Assembly (NCBI GenBank): GCA_949358305.1
Contig: OX442314.1
Location: forward strand, 32,860,001-32,924,000
Reading direction: 5' to 3'
Length of the DNA stretch: 64,000 nt
DNA from: Strigamia acuminata
Lineage: Eukaryota
The translations under genes and the position numbers were made by a program. Below, piece after piece: positions 1 to 11,848 of this stretch (position 1 is the first letter of the stretch; the number at the start of each line of letters is the position of its first letter). The notes under the pieces are model-generated. The model worked only from the letters and a program-made list of their open reading frames with translations. It was not told where the DNA came from and searched no databases.

Positions 1-880
1 AATTTTACCATCCAGAACTTTTCTTCACTCAGTGTCCTGAAAAAATACCGTACCGCCCCGTTTAAACGCCCGGGTTCAAAAAAGCGCCGGCCCCGTTTTA
101 GCGCCGGGCAGTCATCGGCGGCTCACTAAATTAGCGCCGGTCCCGAATAAGCGCCGGGTCCCCCAAAAATCACCGATTTTTTGTAAAAAAATTGGTGATT
201 TTGGCCGAAAAATCGGCATTTTTGGCGCAAAATCGGCAAATTTTTGGTTATGGGCCGGGTTCAATTTAGCGCCGGGTCTCAAATAGGCGCCGGGTAAGCG
301 GCTGGAAAAACAATTAAACGCCCGGGCGTTTAAACGGGGCGGTACGGTAAATAAATAAATAAATTCTTCAAAGAAACCATCCTACAGTGTTGGAAACCGT
401 GCTGCCATCTAGTGACGCACAACCTAACAAATTAAAAATTTCCTATTAAGTGCTGCAGCAAAGGTTTTTCAATCAATAAATTCATATTTCCTACCAAAAC
501 AAGTTTTAAAATCTATTAATTGCTAAAGCATTAAGAGACGACAAATGTTTAATGTATTCTCATTTTTGTATAATAAATTCACAAACATTCGACTTAAAGA
601 ATGAAATGAAATGATTCTATAACACAAATAAATTAATCACGTGCAAGTACAGTTGCAAATATTGGTATAGAAGCAACAATTCTACAATGTACAGAGTAAT
701 AATTATTTTGGACACTAGTCTGTTTCAGCTTTTATGTTGCACGCACGCTGCAAGATTGAAATTAGGTGGAAAACCAAAGCTCCATAAGGAATATTATTCC
801 AGAGCGAAAGATTCCTCCAATCAAAATTAGAAATGCTGTAATTGTGTGATAAATTGAGATGGGTTTGTACGCATAGTTTT
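1..880 (+). repeat. Segmental duplication, paralogous to ~11253-11848
   Basis: Near-identical sequence (aattttaccatccagaacttttc ... gatgggtttgtacgcatagttttt), apart from the MITE at 48-347 and small indels. Confidence 0.9.
48..347. mobile_element. Non-autonomous Tc1/mariner(pogo)-type MITE, 300 bp
   Basis: Perfect 27-bp TIR CCGTACCGCCCCGTTTAAACGCCCGGG (48-74 / 321-347). TA duplicated at 46-47 and 348-349. The paralogous empty site near 11288 reads gaaaaaaTAaataaat. Internal GCGCCGG repeats. Confidence 0.92.
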
Positions 881-1269
881 TTATCTCGCAAAAAGCTGTT
901 GTTTTGTACTTATCCTCAAGTCTGTTTAAGATTCCTTTTTCTTTTAAGTTTTAAATGCTGAAATGCAAAATACAAGTTTTAAATCTTAGCAAATTTATTC
1001 TCCCCCCACCCCTATCCACTTCTCATTAAAAAATTCAACCTATCTTGGTTTTTTATTTAATATGTAATAACCTGAAACAGCAATCGGAATTTTTATAAAA
1101 CTGAACGCAGTTTTCTCCGTACATCTGTGACAGGACATTGTACGCATCGATGATGGCATTGTTGTTCATCGAAAGCAGGCCTGGTGCATCACTGTCGGAA
1201 ATGTTTCCTTCTCCGGCACTTTTTTTTCATGCGAAGCCAAATTTCCCGTGTAAGATTTGTTTGTGAATT
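732..1269 (-). pseudogene. Ionotropic receptor pseudogene fragment (last two exons)
   Basis: Homologous to exons 10-11 of the intact copies (NLTREIW..., LKEKGILNRLEDKY...ISIYHTITAFLILIGG). Contains in-frame TAA stops and a frameshift; upstream exons are absent. Confidence 0.8.
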
Positions 1270-1539
1270 CTACAATAAAAATATGACCAATGTTTACGTG
1301 GCCCAAAATCTATTGCAATCTTGCCCGTCAAGGAGAGCTTATTTGCGCAGTACCAGAAGTATACTACTAGTACACCCAATTCTTTTAGGATTTGATTTAA
1401 TGGCCCCCCAGAAATAATGGTTTTCCCCCCGAAGAAAACTAAACAAAAAAAACTCCTTAACCCCCAAAAAAAACCTCTTTTGTCCCCCGGATAACTGAAC
1501 TTCCCCCCAAAAAGAAATAACAGATTTTAATGCTTTTCT

Positions 1540-2190
1540 GGGCAGATAGAGTTCACTAAACCTTGTTGATACTTTATAACTTAAATGGCAACAAATTAAT
1601 AACCATCTTTGACTCATTTTACCCCCAACTAAAAAACCTTCCGAAGAAAACTGTTGATCTCTTATTCTCTCCCTAATAAAGGTTTCACATCCCATCATAT
1701 TTACTGCAATTATTGCCAAAGGTATTCTTCCCAAACCTATACAAACCGCGCACGGTATCTTGATGATAAATTCGTAGATGATTTTCTAATTCCAGTTGTT
1801 GTATGCCAGTATTAAGCCTAATATCACTGTAGGAATGTGCATCTTCCATGGTTCCAGTCATCATTTTAAATTTTGACATGCCACAGAGGATTATACATCA
1901 CATGAGTGGTGTAGGGAAAGAGAGGAGCGTAGGGTCTCAATCGACAAGTTGTTGTGTAGTGACCAAGAGCATGTCGGAATCGGCTCCACCATGAGCGGTT
2001 GCATGGGCCATAGGTAAGCATGGTGGAGTAGTAAAGGCTAAACAACCACGTTGTGCATGGGAATAACCTAACAGGTCGGTTGCTGGTGTGGCGTGTCTTT
2101 GCGGCACATCCGGCACGTGGGTTAAACGGATTAATAAAAGCCAACTACCCAGCAATCTGGAGTCCCTGTTTGTATACACGACGTTCATAT
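1540..2190 (-). mobile_element. Degraded LINE 5' end (RTE/CR1-like): 5'UTR plus start of an APE endonuclease
   Basis: 1960-2170 matches repeats at ~6770-6990 and ~29600-29820. Downstream minus-strand translations give endonuclease-like remnants (QQLELE...GFLVGGKMSQRWL...VSTR..ELYL). The family call rests on resemblance only. Confidence 0.4.
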
Positions 2191-2433
2191 CGCATTCGAG
2201 GAAAAAAAAGCTTGTGAAAAAGGGGGCAAAATAGTTTTTTTGGGGGGTGGCAAAGATGGGGGGAAATCCAGTCTATTTGGGGGCGAATTATTTATGGCCA
2301 TTCTTTTACATTGCAAAAACACTTACCGTGTTAACAGCGGTGTTAACATACGACAAACATGTCGTGACTGTCCCAGGCCCAGAGCAGACAACAGAACTTG
2401 AGGGGGCGGAATTTCCTCAGCTTTTTGTTCATG

Positions 2434-2593
2434 CAAAATGTTGATGTTTTATATTTATCGTCGAGTCTGTTTATGATTCCTTTTTCGTTTAGGTTCAAAA
2501 TGCTAAAACGTATAATTGAAGTTGAATTTTAAAACCTTTACAAATTTATTACTACAGTACTCACTTCTGATGTAAGAACTCAACATATTTTGA
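2434..2593 (-). pseudogene. IR fragment (exon 10/11 junction of the copy-3 type)
   Basis: Near-identical to ~27019-27180, including the intron. Confidence 0.75.
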
Positions 2594-3198
2594 TCGATTT
2601 TGGACCGAGTCATCATATGACCGCATGGAAGGAAAAGTTTTCAACTTTGGAAAGATCCAAAATAGGAAAAATTTTAATGCAATGAACAATTATTTACAAA
2701 TAAACTTATAAGTTAGCGTACACACTTCTACAGACAAATTTTTAGTTTTGAAAAACTTGGTGTCAGAGATGAAAGCCTACTGTTAAATTGTTTTATTTAT
2801 TTTTATTTTTCGTAATGTTGGCAGAAACGATTCGTATCAATAAATGAACGATGAAACTCGAGTTGAAAGGTTGAACATGTAACAAATGTGTCTTTCCTCT
2901 AGGAAGTACAGAGTCAAACTGATATTCGAATTAAATTTACACGTTTTCAAATCACGTTATACAAACATAACTTAAAACTAACATTTTTCCCTCTTTTTTT
3001 TCCATTTTATAAAATAAATATTTTATTTTATTGTTCTTTTTGTTGAAAAATCCAAGCCACTTTTAATCTACCGAAACTCTGTTTTGTCATTTCAAGAACA
3101 ATGAAATTGAATGATTCGTATACAAATTCTTGGTGTGTCAAGAGCAGTCGAGTTTCAGTTGGTGTTGTTGTAGCTAAAACACGAGTTTGTTTCAGCTT

Positions 3199-6100
3199 TT
3201 ATGCTGCTGTTATTACAATGACAGGTGGATTTGGATTTGCGTGCACGCTACCAGAATGGCACTTGGTCGAGAAAAGTAATTCCACGAGAAATATAATTAC
3301 GGAGCAGAAAGCTCCTCCAATGAGAATTAGAAATGCTGTGATTGTGTGGTAGATAGAGATGGGGTTGCAGTCATAATTCTTTGTCTCGCAAAATGTTGCT
3401 ATTTTGTACTTATCCGCAAGTCTGTTCATGATTCCTTTTTCTTTTAAGCTCAAAATGCTAAAATGTACAACTACTTGTATATTGCAATATCAATTTTTAA
3501 AGTCTTGACAAATTTAAAACCACAATACTCACTTCTGATTAAAAAAATCCATATATTTTGATTTTTTATCAAACATGTAATAACCCGAAACAGCAATCGG
3601 GATTTTTATAAAACTTAACGTACAGTTTCGTCCGTACTTCTTTTTCAGTCTACCATGCAAATAGATGACGGCATTGTTATTCATTGGAAGCAGTTGTTGT
3701 GCTTCTGCGATGGAAATGTTTCCTTCTCCGGTACTTTTTACCATACGATGCCAAATTTCCCGTGTAAGATTTGTTTGAGCCATCTATCATAGAAAAATAA
3801 GATCATAATTTACTACGGAGTATTTATTACCAACAACAAATCTCATATTTATACACTTTCATTTGTTGGTCTGAATATACTAAATTATCTGCCTGGAGAA
3901 TACACTAGTTCTCATTAGTTAGCAGGTAATTAATGTAACAATTCAAGTCAGGCGGTGTTTTGACATTTCTATCTATTACCTTAATAAGCTTGTAAGGGAA
4001 CCCCACTCCAAAAGAGTAAAGGTTGACTCTGTCGTCTAACAATACGTCTTGAATGCTGTTGTATTGCAGGCGTGATGTTGGAACAGTGAGTGATGTATAC
4101 AGTACCGCACAGTAACTTGAAATGATTAGCAGAAGAAACAAGTTTTCCGTTCCAGTAATAGTATAAGCTTTGATGTACAATCAAAGTAATATTGCTTGTA
4201 AATTGATTAGTAATCTTTTGAAGTGTATTTACCTGAAGTTGAGGGTTTGCTTTTGTGGTTTTGGGTGATCGAAGCAAGAGATAGCGCGATCAAGAAATAA
4301 GTAGCTAAAATACACAACCAAACAACCATAGAAAACGGTTTGAAAAATGTCAACCATAAGTATTCTTTGATGACACTGTCCTGTCGCATGACGAATGCAA
4401 ATGTGTCTCTGCCGATCGGATAATTGACAAAGTCGAAATTCAGCACACGTTCTGCACTCATTCCAAATAAAGTTCTGACGATGTCATATTCCTGATAAAA
4501 GAATAGGCAAATTGAATAAAAAATAAATTCATGAGCTTAGTTATTACCATAAGGCATATGCCTAACTTGTAAGTTATGTTATGATAATATAATAACTTAA
4601 ATTATTTTCATTTATGTTATTTAGTTTAGAATTAAGATAGAGGTAAGACATATAGTTTGTATTGAACAAAAGCATGTGTAAGTGAGAATTATTTTATGAG
4701 TTTTAGTTAAATACCAGATATCTGTAAACTAGATTTCCGACTTGAATAATTAAAGTTTAAGTTAATTTCCTAAACATGAGTCCCTTTGTCAAACCATTGT
4801 TGCGGGTTGGAGAGATTATAAACGGTAATTGATTCTTTATTCAGATTTCAATCTGCCAAGCCAGTTTGTTTGCTTTTTTACTCGTTTATAATTGTGACGA
4901 AATAAATTTGCTCAAAAACATTTCAGGATAGTCTCAACTTATTGGAACCGACTGAACTTGTAGCTATCCTATATAGTCTTACAAACCATATAAGGAATAG
5001 TAACCTTGTGCAAACTTACTAATATCACAACGTTTTAGTTAACACACTTACTTTCTTTTTCAGATTTTTAAGTTTATTATTGTCATCCTTAATGGTAATA
5101 TTTACTATTGAGCTAGAAATGTAGAAAGGTTTTAGTCAACCAACTGAAAGTATAGTTTACCAAGCAACAAAAACTTTACCAAATGTTACTGAATTTCTCT
5201 AATGCGTTATCAAAAATTTCGAAATATTTTAATTCAAAATCGAATATTGCTTTCCGTTGAACCTATAAAAATTGAGATGATTATGATTTCCTAGTTAACT
5301 TGTGTTCGATTATCGTTTTCACTATTTTCTTTTTTAGTTATTTAATTTTGCTTTGGGCTAGTATGGGCTAAGAGTGTACTTGACACCCCAAAGAACCATC
5401 CCTCAACCTCATCCCACAACACATCACCAATGAAACTGTCATGTTGTGACAACGGACGAACACAAATAGCGCACAGGAATGCATAAACAGGGCCGGACGC
5501 ATAACACATTGATAGAAATAAGCACAAGAGGCTGTATTTAATAGTTTAAAGCCTTTATTCAGTGTCTAGGAGTCACTACCTCATGCCTCTCCTATTGCTA
5601 CTGCTGCATTGCTGCAGCCAGGGGCGGATCTACACCCCAAGACACAACGCATGTACTAAAAAAAAAAAGATTGCTATTAAAACTTTTGATAAAGGGGCCC
5701 CGAAAAAACCTCAAGCCCAGGGCCCCAAAAAGGCTAGATGCGCCCCCGGCTGCAGCGCACCTGCAACCACATGCAGCACGTGTGGTTCGGTTGTGCTGCA
5801 AGATCGGTCTGTAAAAGTAGAGCCAAACTCCAGAATTGCAAGCAATGTACAGACATTGTAATCGATTGCCTAGGTAACGGCCAGACAAACATAACAAACA
5901 GGAGTTTGACATTTATATGTGCATAAAACTTCATTTCAACGACAGAAATAACATTTTTTAATAAGAAAAATCAAAATTACATTAACTAAAGCCATCTAAA
6001 GAGTAAAATGGCTTGGGGATGGTTTCTTGTATGTGTATCGATCCACAACATTAAATTAAGGGTATCATGGACCAATATAGTTATAAAAAAGTATTGTTAT

Positions 6101-8551
6101 GCTTCCATTTGCAGATGATAAACTGCCTTTGACATGGATATTTCAGCAGGAAAATGATTCTAAACATAAAGTCAAGTCAATTCCTCAGTTTTCCAAACCC
6201 ATCACATTTAGGTTTTGACTTGACCTCCACAATCAAATACAAAATTTTGGTTATCCAACAAAATATTGTAAAGTATTGTTCAAATAATCAATAATGATTT
6301 TCTGAAGAAATCGCTTTTTTTCGTGATTTTTTGAATGTGGTGCTAAGCTTTTTCTGCCGGTCCAACTCACTTGCGGCAATTAGCGTGGTGGCCTAATACA
6401 CTTGTGCCAAGTAGCGCAAATTCAAACGGTTATAACTTTTGGCCCATTTAGTTAAAATTTCATTTTTTTTAAAAATAAAGCCCAATGTTTGTTCTATAAG
6501 TTGCATTTATTTATTTTGATTAAAAACATTTTTTACGGTTTGAATTTTATGATTTTATTTTTTGAAAATAAAAAATACAAGCGGCCCAATACACATGGGT
6601 GTGGGTTGTAATCACAGCATACTTCCGTCACCCACACAACGAGAATAAAGAATGACTCAAGAGGCTGCATTCAATGGTTAATGGCTGTTATTATAAGTTG
6701 TCTAAGGGTCAGTGTTCCCAGGCCTTTCCAATGGTTGTGTTCATTGATGCGACCTGCTCTCCACCGGCCTCCATGAGCGATTGCATGGGCCGTATGGGTA
6801 AACACGGCAGAATAATTAAAGCCAACTGACCAGGTCATACATGGGGATCCCTCCCTGTGTGTGACGGGCCGGTTGCTGGTGTGGCGTGTCTTCACGACAC
6901 CGCAAGCACATGGGTAGAAGGGAGACCGACCCCTAGACAAACAGATTGATAAAAGCCAATCACCCAACAATCTGGAGTCCCTATATTTATTTACATGAGC
7001 ATGCGTCCTACCCCATGGTAACTCGTTCCCAAGTTGCCATGGATAAGATCATGCCGTCACACCGTTAGACCATAGGCATTGACCAAAATGGATAGGGGTT
7101 GTATTGTCCACCCATAGTGAAAATTGGTCTTCCTCTGTGGAAGACCCATCCACAACTGGTTTGTATGCTAGTTAGATTTACACTGGACCTTTCGTGACAC
7201 ACTTACACCATTCAGCTTTACCTCCTCCCTATTAGTTGTCCCCATAAATCTGCCATGCAATATTATTTGTAATTACTATTTCAATTGTAGTAGCATGCTT
7301 TACCTTCGCTACAGTAAAATTTTGTTTTTTTAGAATCACTGGTGTTTGAGAAATCTTTTCAAATTGACATTTTTGTTGCTCCGCACAATTTATCCCTAAG
7401 TTGGTTGTTTGGAAAATGTTCCCTTTAGATTGATGTTTCAATAACTGCAAGCTAAAATTCTGTAATATCAGATTTAAAAAACATGTACAATATAAATAAA
7501 CTTCCTTATTTTAGATTATATAGTTAATATATTTTAAAAATCAAATATATTGAATGTTAATCTTTGTAGACAAAAATTGGACCAATCTTTAATCTGTAAC
7601 AGTGGTTTTCATTTTGGTGTCATCAATTAATGACCCTGTATCGTTTTGAACGAGCAGATTTGGACACACCTTGTACTTTTAGATGTGTTGAAATAAACGT
7701 TGTTAATCAAGAACAAAATGGACATTCTGCAAACATACAGTTAATAATACTTAAACTATTGACTCATACATTACTGTGTTCAGCATATGTGAATAAGTAA
7801 ACTGTATTCTTTCTCCATATGATAAGATCCTGTAATAAGGGCAAGTCTAAGTCATGCTTTGGATTTGGAGTTCCACGTGTTTCCTTGATGACAAATATCA
7901 ACACTTTGTTTTCAATTGATAAGAAAGCATACTGGGCAAGCTGAAATAATGATTTATTTTAAAATGTAAAACAAGTGTGTACTGTTAGAATTAGAACTAG
8001 AAAAAAGTGCTGTCAAGACCAACAAGCATTCGTGGCAACTATAAATAGAACGGTGTTTAGATCTTTACCTGCTCAAAACTTTCTACCCAAATGAAAATGA
8101 GCTGAAAAAGAGTATAATCGAAATCTAATGACGCATTGCTGAATCGTTGCGCTGACATTTGAATTTTTCCAATCCAATTGAAACGGATTAATTTCGTCAA
8201 ACAGTTTGAAACTAGAATAGGAACAGAAGATAAATAAATACATAAACCTAAATAAAATTTGGAATTTTTACTACCATAATCATCCTGGTAATAAATGATG
8301 TGTATTCTTCTCGTGTTTGTGATTTGTACAATTTTAGATAAATGAAAATCGAGTTCATCATAGTCAGCAAAGTGTAAGTTAGCTAAAGAAGTGTTTTCCC
8401 GTGCTAAAATTAAAGGTAAATTTACACGTACGTAAATTTCCAGTAAAATTCCTGATCATTTTTCAATTTATATAATTCTTAAAAGATTACTGTTTGAAAT
8501 GCCGATAAATCCAGAAAAGAAGCAAACGAAACAAACTCTTAGAACGTTCAT
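3199..8551 (-). CDS. Ionotropic receptor (divergent IR/iGluR-like) copy 1; 11 exons, predicted 581 aa
   Basis: Hand-built GT-AG model with consistent phases and no stops: 8551-8491, 8403-8275, 8211-8069, 7940-7770, 7444-7304, 5262-5180, 5112-5052, 4491-4233, 4167-3980, 3783-3533, 3457-3199. Motifs: signal-like N-terminus, S1 'EYDIV...SAERVLNFDF', M1 'KPFSMVVWLCIL', M3 'IISSYCAVLYTSLTVP', S2 end 'FNQNILSLKEKGIMNRLADKY', M4 'ITAFLILIGGAFCSVIIFLVELLF'. Confidence 0.82.
5619..5748. mobile_element. 130-bp hAT-type MITE in an IR intron
   Basis: 8-bp TSD GCTGCAGC (5611-5618, 5749-5756). Imperfect TIRs CAGGGGCGGATCTA / TAGATGCGCCCCCG. Confidence 0.8.
6008..6235 (+). pseudogene. Degraded Tc1-family transposase fragment
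   Basis: Frameshifted translation MAWG..IKGIMDQYSYKK..MLPFADDKLPLTWIFQQENDSKH..VLT*PPQS resembles the Tc1 motifs WG..GIMD..WIFQQDNDPKH..WPPQSPDLN. Confidence 0.7.
6770..7160 (-). repeat. Interspersed repeat, probable LINE 5'UTR, in IR intron 5
   Basis: Present in IR copies 1 and 3 (29598-30004), absent at the matching site in copy 2 (~17850-17900). A partial third copy lies at ~1960-2170. Confidence 0.6.
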
Positions 8552-9229
8552 TCTCCAAGTTGTCCACGTCTGGTCGTTAATCACAACATGCACGATACAA
8601 AACACACGACCACACTATGTTAATTATTCTTTTGCTGGAGATTTGCTTTGGCAACTGTTGCCCAGTTAACTCGATTTAAATTAATAAGTTATAAATTAAT
8701 TGGCATGCGGTGTCTTCGATCTACATCAAGAAACATGTCGTGACTGTCCAAGGTCTTGACCAGAGGCCTGGAGGCGAGCCTGAGGGCGGGTCCAATAACA
8801 AAATTTTCTTCTTTTGACGTTTTCTGTGTGCTGGAAAAGGAAAACAACACAGCTTCAACGATTTTCTTTGTAGCACAAATGACCTAGACTAATGACATTG
8901 AAACGTATAAGGCTTTTTACTTACTGTTGAGTATTTATAATATTGTGTAATATAGTACCGTAGTATTTTTGTTAATATATATTATGTTATGAGTGTATGT
9001 GGCGCCATCTGGTGTCTTTTAAGGTTTTCCTTATTTTCACTCGCATGTTGTTGCGTCATTCATGTTGCAGAACAAATTCATTAAATAACGTCGTTGGTAC
9101 GTGCTACCCGCCATTACCATTTGGCAAGCGCAAACAACGTCAGTAAATGCAGAAAAATTAAATAGCAACGTTATGCTAACGTGTCGACTACCCACCCGCT
9201 ACGTTTGACTTGCGTACCCGAAATCAAAG

Positions 9230-9237
9230 TATATAAA
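9230..9237 (+). promoter_or_regulatory. TATA box upstream of the SRPK-like gene
   Basis: TATATAAA about 100 bp upstream of the ATG at 9329, with an Inr-like ATCAGTC near 9273. Confidence 0.45.
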
Positions 9238-9328
9238 CCAATGAGCTGTTAACTTTAACTCATATTCTGACTATCAGTCAACAAACACCACACTCGATAA
9301 CTAAATAACACATTAAGCAGCAATAGCA

Positions 9329-10312
9329 ATGGAAGACTTCGGAATTGGTGGTTACCTTCTGGTGAAAATCGGCGACTTATTTCATGCCAGGTACACCGTC
9401 ATTCGAAAACTCGGTTCGGGATCATATTCCACCGGGACACTCGCTCGAAAGCGTTGAAGATAGCCAGGTGCGGGTTCGGAATGACCGAACTCATCAATGA
9501 GGAAATTCGACTTCTCGAATGCGTTCAAAATTGTGACGATGAAGGAAAAACGAAAATCGTTCAATTGCTGGATAACTTTATCATTTCCGGCATTAATGGC
9601 GACCACATTTGCATGGTTTTCGAGGTGTTGGGAGACAGTTTGTCGACGTTGATCGCTACGTCAGCACCCAGGGGCTTCCCAATAGCCATCGTAAAGAACA
9701 TGATAAGACAGGTGCTCGAAGGCTTGGACTTCCTGCACACGAAATGTAAGATGATCCACACGGACATAAAACCGGAGAATATTTGCGTGGGCGAAAACGA
9801 CACGGGGAAGTTAGCGAGTGATGTAACAGTTAAGATCGCTGATCTTGGAAGTGCGTGTTACGTACACCACCACTTTGACGATCTCATCCAAACGTGTTGT
9901 TATCGGAGTCCCGAAGTGTTGCTGGGAGTCGGGTATGGGCCCAGTGCCGACATTTGGAGCGCCGCTTGCACGGCGTTCGATTTGGCGACTGGGTCGTATC
10001 TATTTGGGTCTCATGTCAACGAAAGTCTCGAGGAGGATGAGGGGCATTTGGTCCAAGTTGCTCGGAGATATCCCGCTCAAGATGGTTTTTAGGGCGAAGA
10101 ATAGAAAGGATTTATTCACCGATGAGGGAAAACTAAAAAAGGACCCCAAAATGCAAAGTGACGGACTAGTACAGCTGTTGACGAGGAAATTCAGATGGAA
10201 TGTTGATGAAGCGCAGCAATTTGCGGATTTTTTACTGCCAATGTTGGCGATTAATCCGAACGACCGCTCCTCGGCAAAGAAGTCACTCGGCCATCAGTGG
10301 CTACAATTTTAA
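9329..10312 (+). pseudogene. SRPK: Intronless, spacer-less SRPK-like Ser/Thr kinase with two frameshifts
   Basis: MEDFGIGGYLLVKIGDLFHARYTVIRKLGSGSYST, GINGDHICMVFEVLG, IHTDIKPEN, VKIADLGSAC, IQTCCYRSPEV and FADFLLPML are SRPK hallmarks. Frameshifts lie near 9435 and near 10055; the second is a short deletion relative to the copy at 31828. Confidence 0.85.
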
Positions 10313-11495
10313 TATAACGATTTTTTAAAATAAAGTCTAAATAATGTTTTAAATCACTTTTGATGTAATATCTTAAAAATGCTCAATGCCCACGAAAACG
10401 TAAAAAGATGTGTTCATATTGTATAATTGTATAACTTGATCAACAATTTTCTCTTTTAATTTTGTGTTATCTAAAATGTAAAATTACTTCAATTATTTTT
10501 TAAATTAATCAATCACCACACAGGTGACTGCGAGATGCATGCCATTGCGAAGGAATTACTTAACTTAAAATAATTTGAAATAACAAACCAAAACCAATCC
10601 AATTAATGGCTCTAAATTAAGAAAACAGCTACTCCGTTATCGCGGGCTATTTTCACCTAAATTAAGTGGAAGTAACCCACGAGTATTTTTCAAGTCAGTA
10701 CTTAAGTTGAAATAACCACGGCACTGTTAAAAAAAACGGTTTTACACGAACATCACAGAATACGAAAATTCTACGATGTTCCGTGTCAATTTTGTACTTA
10801 CGCGAGCAATCAGCTTCAGCAGACGTTCAAGCTGGAGCATTTTAACTCGTCGTATAAACCAGAGACACGAAGTGTACGATATGCAGCGAAGGTCTATCGA
10901 AATAATAACTCATATTACTATTTAACAAAATGTTCGATTCATTTTAAGCTGCTTGATACAATATTTACAGTTTTCGCCAGTTGTTCTCGCCGATGTCGTC
11001 GCCGCCATGCTTTTATGCAGCCCACTGTTGCCATCTGGCGAAGAAATTGTTAAACTCTAATAAAAACGCTCCAAAATCGGATATTTTGTAGTTAATTTCT
11101 TGATATCTGCAGAATAAATAAAACAATTCTAAACACTCCCTTTTTTTTACGGTTCTTTTGGTTTAAATAAACCCGGATAAACACTAGCTTTTTGTACACA
11201 CAAATTTTTGATAATAACGGTAAACATGTTTCGGTTTTGCTTTTAAAATATAAATTTTACCATCCAGAACTTTTCTTCACTCAGTGTCCTGAAAAAATAA
11301 ATAAATAAATAAATAAATAAATTCTTCAAAGAAACCATCCACACAGTCACAGTATAGTGTGCACACAGTGTTGGAAACCGTGCTGCCATCTAGTGACTAA
11401 CAACCAAACAAATTAAAAATTTCCTACCAAGTGCTGCAGCAAAGGTTTTTCAAGCAATAAATTCATATTTCCTACCAAAACAAGTTTTAAAATCT
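10030..11495 (+). repeat. Segmental duplication, paralogous to ~31810-33030
   Basis: High identity through the SRPK 3' end and downstream non-coding DNA; the second copy lacks a stretch of roughly 100 bp. Confidence 0.9.
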
Positions 11496-11689
11496 ATTAA
11501 TTGCTAAAGCATTAAGAGACGTCAAATGTTTAATCTATTCTCATTTTTGAATAATAAATTCACAAACATTCGATTTAAAGAATGAAATGAAATGATTCTA
11601 TAACACAAATAAATTAATCACGTGCAAGTACAGTTGCAAATATTGGTATAGAAGCAACAATTCTCAATGTAATAATGATTTTGGACACT

Positions 11690-11848
11690 AGTTTGTTTCA
11701 GCTTTCGCTGCAAGAAGATTGAAACTAGGTGGAAAACCAAAGCTACATAAGAAATATAATTCCAGAGCAAAAGATTCCTCCACTCAAAATTAGAAATGCT
11801 GTAATTGTGTGATAAATTGAGATGGGTTTGTACGCATAGTTTTTTATC
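11690..11848 (-). pseudogene. IR last-exon fragment
   Basis: Homologous to PISIYHTITAFLIL...; part of the duplicate of 1-880. Confidence 0.7.

Noticed and set aside
7222..7249. Possible IR mini-exon (FMGTTNREE) with AG/GT borders
   Set aside because: Its phase does not fit the neighbouring exons; exon 5 joins exon 6 in frame without it.
7764..7766. Apparent premature TGA in IR exon 4 (copies 1 and 3)
   Set aside because: It lies within the donor GTATGA and is therefore intronic.
11027..11040. CGCCAGATGGCA at ~11030, ~26251 and ~32700 as CTCF sites
   Set aside because: Equally explained as splice acceptor plus ATG of the relic gene family.
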